The position numbers and the translations under genes are program-made. A stretch of DNA of 32,193 nucleotides from Patescibacteria group bacterium (GTDB lineage Bacteria; Patescibacteriota; Patescibacteriia; JAACEG01): assembly GCA_034660735.1 (NCBI GenBank), contig JAYEJQ010000073.1, forward strand, positions 1 to 32,193, given 5' to 3'. The notes below the pieces were generated by a model, which searched no databases, was not told the origin of the DNA, and worked only from the letters and a program-made list of their open reading frames with translations. Below are positions 26,128 through 32,193 of this stretch, piece after piece. Each line of letters opens with the position of its first letter. Position 1 is the first letter of the stretch.

Positions 26128-28602
26128 TCATATAAAATTCAAATATTTTTTATCAATAAAATCTATAAAACAGCTTCTATTTATTGATTTGCCACTGTTG
26201 TCAAAATTACTATAAGAAATAAAAATTTTTTCTTTAGCCCGCGTCATCGCTACATAAAACAGCCGCTTTTCTTCCTCTATATCAGATTTATAAATCGGGA
26301 ACCTGTATTCATTCATACCGACAATAAAAACAAAATCAAACTCAAGCCCTTTTACCTGATGCGCGGTTACTATCGGAATTTTGCCGTTGTCCAATCCTAA
26401 AAAATCAATATCGCGATTCAGAGATCCGAAATTTATCAATTCTCTTAAAACTGTGTCCGACGGCTTGTTATTATTATCTTTTTGCTCAAAAACTTTAATA
26501 AGAGTATCTATTGATTTCGCTCTTCTATCTTTTTCAACATCTTGCTCGTAAAATTTTTTCAGTCCTGATTCTTCCCAGACCCGTTTTAAAAACTTTGACG
26601 GCCGCTCTTCTAATACTTTTTTCTCCCATGAATTTATCAACACGCTTAATTGGACGAATTTTTTGGAAAATTTTTTAAAAAGTTTATTTCTCTGTTTTTG
26701 TCCAACTTCTAATTTTTTAATTAAAATTCCTAAAAGTTCCGCTGTTGCCAGCACATCATCTTTCGCATCATGTGTCGCCTCTTTTAATTCTAACAATTCA
26801 GCTAAAGTCGTGAGTTTGTAATTTTCAGAATCAATCAAACGTCTTGAAAGGTCAAGCGTATCGTAATATTCCTTAAATTCAAAATCTATCTCTCTCCGTT
26901 TTGAATTTTCAACAATCATTGAAAGGTCAAAATTGATATTATGCCCAACAACAATATCTCCGTTAATAAATTCTTTCAATTCCATTAAAACATCTTTTGA
27001 ATTCCGTCCGCTCTTTTGCAAAAATTCATCAGTAATTCCGTGAATTTCATAAGAGCCTCCGACTGGAATGCTGTTTTTGAGATAAAAATGAAAATCTTTT
27101 CCTGACTTTCCGTTAATCAATTCAATGGCATAAATTTGGATAATATCGTCTCTTAAAACATTAACTCCTGTTGTTTCAGTGTCTAAAACAATAATCCTCC
27201 CCTTATTCCATTTATCAGTCAAATTAAAAAACGGCTCGGGAAAATTATAATTCTTAAAATTAAGAAAATCAGAAATTTTCAAGCCAGATTTATTTCCTTG
27301 TTCCATAATAGTTTTCATAGTATCCGCGCTGATATTTCTTGATTGGCGCAAAATCAACCTGTGAGCGCTTTTTAAGTCAAATTTATTAAAAATAATTTTT
27401 AGATAAGCGTAAATATCTTTAATCTCTTGACGGCGAAAAAAATTATATTTGTCAACAGTAATGTGGGCAATTTTTTTTTGCGTAAAAATATCAGCAATGT
27501 TGCTGATTAAATAATTAGCGCGGCTTAAAATCGCTATTTTCGCGATAGAATTATCAGTTCGTATATTTTTAATATTTTGAATTACCCAGCTTATCTCTTC
27601 ATTAAAATTAGTTCCGCCAAAAACATCAATGCATTGCAAACTCTTTTCCTTATTTGATCCGCCGCTTATCATCTCTTCTGTATGCGCGCTGTCAAAACTT
27701 TTTAAAAAAGATTTAATGGCTTCAAGATTATTTTGATTAAAGCGATAATTTACTTTTAAGCGCATTTCTCTAACTGGAGCGAAATGAGTTTTAAAAATTT
27801 TAGCGATTTTATAAGGCTCAGAACCTCGCCAACCGTAGATTGTCTGATCTAAATCGCCGATAAAAGATATATTTTTATGCGTCTTTGCTAATTCTTTTAC
27901 AACTAAATATTCCGCTATATGAGTATCCTGAAACTCGTCCAACTGGATAAATTTATATCTTAGCGCCCATCTATTTCTTAATTTTTTATCTAAATACAGG
28001 CTTTTAATCGTTAAAATTACCAGCTCATTAAAATCAAGAGCATTTTGATTTTTTAAAACATTAAAATATTTCTCGCTGATTTTAATAAATGTTTTGCTGA
28101 TTTTTATATCCTCAATTTTATGCCCCAGCTGTTTTCTTAAGTTATTTAGCCGATATTGGTATATCCGTTTTATTAAATCCAAAATTTCATAACGGGTGTT
28201 TTGAGACCCGACCGCGAATCCTTGATAATTATAATCCGCTAAAATATTCTTCATTATTTCCAATTGCTCAATTTCATCAAAGATAACAAAATCTGAATTT
28301 ACTCCAATTCTTTTCGCTTCACTTTTCACAAAATAGGAACAAAATCCATGAAATGTGCTTATAGTTAAACTGTTAATCGCGTCTCTGTCCTTAATCCTTT
28401 TTTTTATTCTCTGCGATATTTCTTCCGCAGAACGATTCGTAAAAGTAAGGCATAATATCTCGTCTGGCTTAATTCCAGATTCTAAAGCTTTTATAATTCT
28501 TTCTATTAAAACCGTTGTTTTTCCTGTTCCGACTGGAGCCGAAACCAAATAAGCGCCGAATATATTGTTAATAATTTCCTGCTGTTCCTTGTTAAAATTC
28601 AT
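26128..28602 (-). CDS. UvrD/PcrA-type SF1 helicase with inserted DEDDh 3'-5' exonuclease domain
   Basis: APVGTGKT, LTFTNR, STFHG, LDEFQDT, GDLDQTIYGWRG, TAHQVKGLEFD, EEKRLFYVAMTRAK. Insert has VLDTETTG, VGHNINFD and HDAKDDV. Confidence 0.9.
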   Translation of the reverse strand: MNFNKEQQEIINNIFGAYLVSAPVGTGKTTVLIERIIKALESGIKPDEILCLTFTNRSAEEISQRIKKRIKDRDAINSLTISTFHGFCSYFVKSEAKRIGVNSDFVIFDEIEQLEIMKNILADYNYQGFAVGSQNTRYEILDLIKRIYQYRLNNLRKQLGHKIEDIKISKTFIKISEKYFNVLKNQNALDFNELVILTIKSLYLDKKLRNRWALRYKFIQLDEFQDTHIAEYLVVKELAKTHKNISFIGDLDQTIYGWRGSEPYKIAKIFKTHFAPVREMRLKVNYRFNQNNLEAIKSFLKSFDSAHTEEMISGGSNKEKSLQCIDVFGGTNFNEEISWVIQNIKNIRTDNSIAKIAILSRANYLISNIADIFTQKKIAHITVDKYNFFRRQEIKDIYAYLKIIFNKFDLKSAHRLILRQSRNISADTMKTIMEQGNKSGLKISDFLNFKNYNFPEPFFNLTDKWNKGRIIVLDTETTGVNVLRDDIIQIYAIELINGKSGKDFHFYLKNSIPVGGSYEIHGITDEFLQKSGRNSKDVLMELKEFINGDIVVGHNINFDLSMIVENSKRREIDFEFKEYYDTLDLSRRLIDSENYKLTTLAELLELKEATHDAKDDVLATAELLGILIKKLEVGQKQRNKLFKKFSKKFVQLSVLINSWEKKVLEERPSKFLKRVWEESGLKKFYEQDVEKDRRAKSIDTLIKVFEQKDNNNKPSDTVLRELINFGSLNRDIDFLGLDNGKIPIVTAHQVKGLEFDFVFIVGMNEYRFPIYKSDIEEEKRLFYVAMTRAKEKIFISYSNFDNSGKSINRSCFIDFIDKKYLNFI

Positions 28603-28651
28603 AATGCAAAAATTAAAATAATTTCTATAAATTACGAAATATATAAAATGC

Positions 28652-28695
28652 TATCACTCTGCCCCGCTGCTCGCGAGCAGCGGGGCAGGATGACA
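28652..28695. repeat. REP-like palindrome, type A
   Basis: Perfect 30-bp palindrome CTGCCCCGCTGCTCGCGAGCAGCGGGGCAG (28659-28688) then GATGACA. Preceded by outer arm TAAATTACGAAATATA (28628-28643). Confidence 0.92.
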
Positions 28696-28705
28696 ATAGT
28701 AAACA

Positions 28706-29941
28706 TTATTCTAAAATTACAAATCTATCAACCTTTCGCCCTAACATAAACTCCCGCCCGCTCATCTCCTTTTTTCCCTCTAATTGAACTCTTTCTAAAA
28801 CCAAACTCCCATGTCCGCATAAAACACCCATTTTTTTATCATCTGTTAAAAATATTTCGCCAACATTTTTATGCGCGCCGACTATTCTTAATAATGAAAC
28901 TTGAATGATTTTTAATTTTTTATTATTAGACAAAAAAGACCAGCTGCCTGGCCATGGATAAAAAGCGCGAACTTGCCTTTCTATCTCTATCGCTTTTTTT
29001 CGCCAATCAACCTGCCCGTCAGCGCGCTGTAAAATTTTAGTAAAAATCGCGTTTTTATGGTTCTGCGGCTTTGCTTTTATTTTTTCCACTAAATAATCCG
29101 GCAAAACTTTGACTAATAAATCCGCCCCAAGTTCAGACAATTCATCGCGCAACTGCGTGTAATTTTGATCAATAATTTTTAATCTTTTTTTCGCGATTAT
29201 ATCGCCATGATCCATTTTTGCGTCCATTATCATTATGGAAACGGCTGTCTGTCTGTCTCCGTTTAAAATAGCATTCTGAATTGGAGAAGATCCGCGATAT
29301 TTCGGCAAAAGCGATGGATGAATATTTAAGCATTTATGCTTTGGAATATCTAAAATCGCCTGCGGGACAATCTGCCCGTAAGCAGCTGTAATAATTAAAT
29401 CTGGATTTAACTTTTTAATTTTATTCTTTATTAGCGATATTTTCAGCGGCTGCAAAATAGTTAATCTGCGTTCTTGAGCAAACTTTTTAATCGGCGTGGC
29501 GGTTAATATTTTTTTTCTGCCAACAGGTCTATCTATCTGCGTGATAACCGCTATAATCCTTAAATCGCGATTCAGCAACTCTTGTAAAATCGGAACGGCA
29601 AATTCAGAAGATCCTATAAAAATAATTTTCACTTTTTTAACTTTTTCCATTCTCTCCTCCTTATTTATATTCCTTAATATTGCTAAAAAATAAGCCATTT
29701 TATTACTAATCTCTTTTTCTTTCACGATCCCCCATATTCTCATTATCCGAGCATTGCTCTGTTTCTTGCACAAATTCATTAAAATCGCCACATCTCTCCT
29801 ACTTTTTAATTTTCCAAATGATTCAGCGATATCAACCGCCAAGAGCTGATGTTTTGTGGTCGGACCGCGCTTGTCTTTCTTTTTTCGCTTGTTTGCGGCT
29901 GTTATTCGGCTTTTGATCGCATCTTTTAATCTGCTTGTCAT
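28706..29941 (-). CDS. fmt: Methionyl-tRNA formyltransferase with ~97-aa N-terminal extra domain
   Basis: IIFIGSSEFA, VITQIDRPVGR, AAYGQIVP, LNIHPSLLPKYRGSSPIQ, MDHGDI, VRAFYPWPG. ATGA overlap with the upstream gene. Confidence 0.93.
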   Translation of the reverse strand: MTSRLKDAIKSRITAANKRKKKDKRGPTTKHQLLAVDIAESFGKLKSRRDVAILMNLCKKQSNARIMRIWGIVKEKEISNKMAYFLAILRNINKEERMEKVKKVKIIFIGSSEFAVPILQELLNRDLRIIAVITQIDRPVGRKKILTATPIKKFAQERRLTILQPLKISLIKNKIKKLNPDLIITAAYGQIVPQAILDIPKHKCLNIHPSLLPKYRGSSPIQNAILNGDRQTAVSIMIMDAKMDHGDIIAKKRLKIIDQNYTQLRDELSELGADLLVKVLPDYLVEKIKAKPQNHKNAIFTKILQRADGQVDWRKKAIEIERQVRAFYPWPGSWSFLSNNKKLKIIQVSLLRIVGAHKNVGEIFLTDDKKMGVLCGHGSLVLERVQLEGKKEMSGREFMLGRKVDRFVILE

Positions 29942-30729
29942 ACAATTTTAAAATTCATCACTAAATATCCTACTCCGAAAGGATATTCATAAGATAAAAG
30001 CTGTGGCTCGCAATTAAGCTTGCTTAACGCTCCAGCTAAAATCATAAAAGATCGCAAACCGCATTCTTTCGCCTCGCCTGCCAGCTCTTCATTAAAATTT
30101 AACAACTGCTCATAATCCATTTTTTCCAATATAGAAATTAATTTTTTATCAAACACTTCGCCTTTAGACGAATATCCAGCAGGCGCGTCTTTGGTTAAAC
30201 AATGCGATAAATCCCCAGAAGCGATTATGGCAACCCTTTTATTGCTCCTTGTTATAACCTGTTTTAAATACTTGCCAAATTCAAAATGCTCTTGATACCC
30301 CAAAAACGAATATGCCATCGGCACAATTTTTACTTTCGGAAGATTTTTAGTTAAATAATAGAGCGGAACCAAAACTCCGTGATCCAAAGATAATTCGTTA
30401 GCTAAAACAATTGGCTGATCACTTGTTTCTGCCCTTATTTTAATCTTGTTTATAAGACTAATATCAGAGCCAAATTCAAATTTATCGTCTATGGAGCCAA
30501 AATTTTTAAAATCTCCTTGATAACTGTCGCTAACCTGTATGGTAAAAAACTCAGCGTTAATCAATCCGTGCGGAGAAATAATAATAATCGTCTCTGGCTG
30601 AGCCGCGTAAAGCGCGCCTGATAAATCCTCCATCGCCTCTTTTGTTTTGGTAATCTGATTGATATTATCCTTGCCGATACTCGGAATGAGTATAGGTGGA
30701 TGAGGCGTTATAGCCGCGAATACTAACAT
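29938..30729 (-). CDS. AmmeMemoRadiSam system protein B / Memo-LigB-like dioxygenase-fold protein
   Basis: TPHPPILIP, IISPHG, LDHGVLVPL, IASGDLSH, ECGLRS, YEYPFGVGY. Confidence 0.85.
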   Translation of the reverse strand: MLVFAAITPHPPILIPSIGKDNINQITKTKEAMEDLSGALYAAQPETIIIISPHGLINAEFFTIQVSDSYQGDFKNFGSIDDKFEFGSDISLINKIKIRAETSDQPIVLANELSLDHGVLVPLYYLTKNLPKVKIVPMAYSFLGYQEHFEFGKYLKQVITRSNKRVAIIASGDLSHCLTKDAPAGYSSKGEVFDKKLISILEKMDYEQLLNFNEELAGEAKECGLRSFMILAGALSKLNCEPQLLSYEYPFGVGYLVMNFKIV

Positions 30730-30761
30730 AAAATATTTTATTATTTAATTATTTTATTTTA

Positions 30762-30789
30762 ATTATACCAAACAGCAAATTAGTGTCAA
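30762..30789 (-). promoter_or_regulatory. Consensus sigma70 promoter for the Memo-like/fmt operon
   Basis: Minus strand TTGACA (30789-30784), 16 nt, TGgTATAAT (hexamer 30767-30762). Confidence 0.8.
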
Positions 30790-30841
30790 TGAAAGATAGC
30801 AGTTAGTAAATAGTAATTAGCAACTAATAAAAAAATCAATA

Positions 30842-31156
30842 ACTTTAAATTACGAAATATAAAAATCATGTCATTCTGAGCGACCATCGGGAGCGAAGAA
30901 TCTGCTTTAATGCCAGTTAGATTATTTTAAAATCATTTAATCGCTGAATTTAAGGCATTATTAAATTATCTTAAACAAATTTTAAATTCCAAATCCAAAA
31001 TTACAAATTCCAAATAAATTACAAATTCAAATTTTCAAATTCCAAAAATAAGTTAGAAGGATACAAGATATCACCCTTACGGGTGATCACCCGCGAGGCG
31101 TGGCTTCGGCTATCGCCTCAGAATGACAAAATTTTTTGTGTTTCGTAATTCAAAGT
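30842..31156. mobile_element. 315-bp composite palindromic element, type C (most complete family member)
   Basis: Outer inverted repeat 21/24 (30842-30865 / 31133-31156). Inner perfect 12-bp IR TGTCATTCTGAG / CTCAGAATGACA (30869-30880 / 31117-31128). Contains a 7-mer tract (30984-31046) and hairpin ATCACCC-TTAC-GGGTGAT. Confidence 0.75.
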
Positions 31157-31176
31157 AATAAAAAAATTAATAAAAA

Positions 31177-31217
31177 TTTTTAGCAAAATGCGCGATCGCG
31201 TAAAATGCTAAAAAAAA
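31177..31217. terminator. Hairpin, possible terminator downstream of the surface-protein gene
   Basis: TTTTTAGCA-AAA-TGCGCGATCGCGTA-AAA-TGCTAAAAA interrupted stem. Confidence 0.4.
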
Positions 31218-31218
31218 G

Positions 31219-31254
31219 AAATACCTATTTAAATAGGTATTTAAATAGGTATTT
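31219..31254. repeat. 24-bp perfect palindrome with a duplicated right arm
   Basis: AAATACCTATTT / AAATAGGTATTT / AAATAGGTATTT. Confidence 0.85.
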
Positions 31255-31336
31255 AATTTTTAAAAAATTATTCTAAATTATTTACGCTTTATTTAATCTA
31301 TTTTTAAAGTAATTTAAAAAGCATAAAATTTGACAT

Positions 31337-32191
31337 TTATTCCTTGCCGATCCACGGATCAAAATCAACATTATCACTAACAGAACTATTGTTGTTGCCT
31401 TCTGGATTTGGTCCTGCGTTGCTTCCCCACCAATTATTACGCGCGTCAACAGTTGAAGACGCATTGTTAATTACTGATTTAAAAAAATTATCAAAAAGCT
31501 GCGAATCAGAAATATAAACTTCTGAATCATCTCCTTTAACCTCTACTCCGATATAATTATTGCTAATAATTGAATTTGTAGTTGTCGCGCTTCCATTATT
31601 AACTGTTATCGCTCCTCCTGTCTCAAAAGTAACCATCATCATAGCTATATATACAAAATTCGTTGAAGCGAAATAATCATAGTTTCCTGCATAATTCACA
31701 ATCGCGTAATCCATTTCTAAACTTCCGCCCTCTGAAACAATAATCGCTCCCCAGTCTCCAATTTGAGGATTACTATTTGAACTCGGAATATATCCGCCTT
31801 TTTCATCGTCATTATAAGAAGTAAAAACGGCATATTGTCCAGGCAAGCCATTTACTATCAATTCTCCTTTGATATTTAACCCTGCATAATTAACATTATT
31901 AACATTATTAACATTATTAACATTATTAAATTTTATCACAACTCCTGGATCAATGGTTAAAATATTGCCCTTCTCTACTGTTAAAAATTTGCCAGAAACG
32001 CAATACGGACTCTTTTTTAATTTAAGGGTTTGAGTATAAATATTCCCGTCCTCGTCTAATAATATATCTTGGCAATATCTGATTTTTGTTGATTTTATAT
32101 TCCATTCGCCGATATTCCCCGCTTTGTCTGTTGCGCGTAAACGAAAATAGATAAGATCCCAATCATTAACACTGAAATTAAAAACTGTGCT
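31337..32191 (-). CDS. C-terminal part of a large secreted/surface protein (Ig/FN3-like end plus right-handed beta-helix), 5'-truncated by the window
   Basis: Frame stays open to the window edge: YFRLRATDKAGNIGEW...SPYCV...LTIDPGVVIKF...VFTSYNDDEKGG...GDWGAI...VDARNNWWGSNAGP...VDFDPW. Confidence 0.8.
   Translation of the reverse strand, partial: STVFNFSVNDWDLIYFRLRATDKAGNIGEWNIKSTKIRYCQDILLDEDGNIYTQTLKLKKSPYCVSGKFLTVEKGNILTIDPGVVIKFNNVNNVNNVNNVNYAGLNIKGELIVNGLPGQYAVFTSYNDDEKGGYIPSSNSNPQIGDWGAIIVSEGGSLEMDYAIVNYAGNYDYFASTNFVYIAMMMVTFETGGAITVNNGSATTTNSIISNNYIGVEVKGDDSEVYISDSQLFDNFFKSVINNASSTVDARNNWWGSNAGPNPEGNNNSSVSDNVDFDPWIGKE
31891..31926. repeat. In-frame 9-bp tandem repeat x4
   Basis: (TAACATTAT)4 encoding (NNV)4. 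Confidence 0.95.
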
Positions 32192-32193
32192 TG

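Noticed and set aside
1-28695. Type A palindromes as CRISPR repeats or integron attC sites
   Set aside because: Copies are dispersed kilobases apart between housekeeping genes. There are no regular spacers, no cas or intI gene, and no RYYYAAC/GTTRRRY ends.
1406-29693. Numerous 60-105 aa ORFs antisense to or overlapping known genes (e.g. 1406-1693, 2087-2311, 7373-7645, 10387-10704, 16108-16404, 17139-17426, 21219-21503, 29496-29693)
   Set aside because: Shadow frames of well-supported genes with no recognisable motifs.
31337-31939. Complete 200-aa gene starting at GTG 31939
   Set aside because: The frame is open and protein-like up to the window edge, so the gene is 5'-truncated.
1-32193. 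Alternative genetic code (TGA=Gly), tRNA/rRNA genes, prophage, DGR or retron
   Set aside because: TGA terminates intact genes at expected ends (14661, 26119) and long ORFs are uninterrupted. No cloverleaf, rRNA, phage, reverse transcriptase or transposase signatures were seen.

Overview
Very AT-rich bacterial chromosomal segment using genetic code 11 (TGA ends several intact genes). The gene content and protein styles point to a Patescibacteria/CPR (Parcubacteria-like) genome, which is inference. Housekeeping genes (cysS, ftsEX, mscS, trpS, ndk, lepA, ruvB, maf, gatB, fmt, a UvrD-type helicase with an inserted DEDDh exonuclease) are interleaved with four toxin-antitoxin modules: an intact hicBA, a zeta-like kinase plus an unannotated 55-aa partner, a decayed hicBA, and an AbrB/RelE-like pair. 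No rRNA, tRNA, CRISPR array, transposase or integrase was recognised. The most unusual signal is non-coding. Many intergenic gaps hold members of one nested palindromic element family with shared outer arms (ACTTTRAATTACGAAA...) and inner TGTCAY...RTGACA boundaries but interchangeable hairpin cargo. There is also a 146-bp MITE with perfect 23-bp TIRs whose lone third end abuts a truncated gene, inverted 7-mer repeat tracts, a hicBA cassette bracketed by an identical 34-bp terminator-arm/promoter repeat, and a 22-codon ORF just upstream of lepA that repeats LepA's own C-terminal motif.
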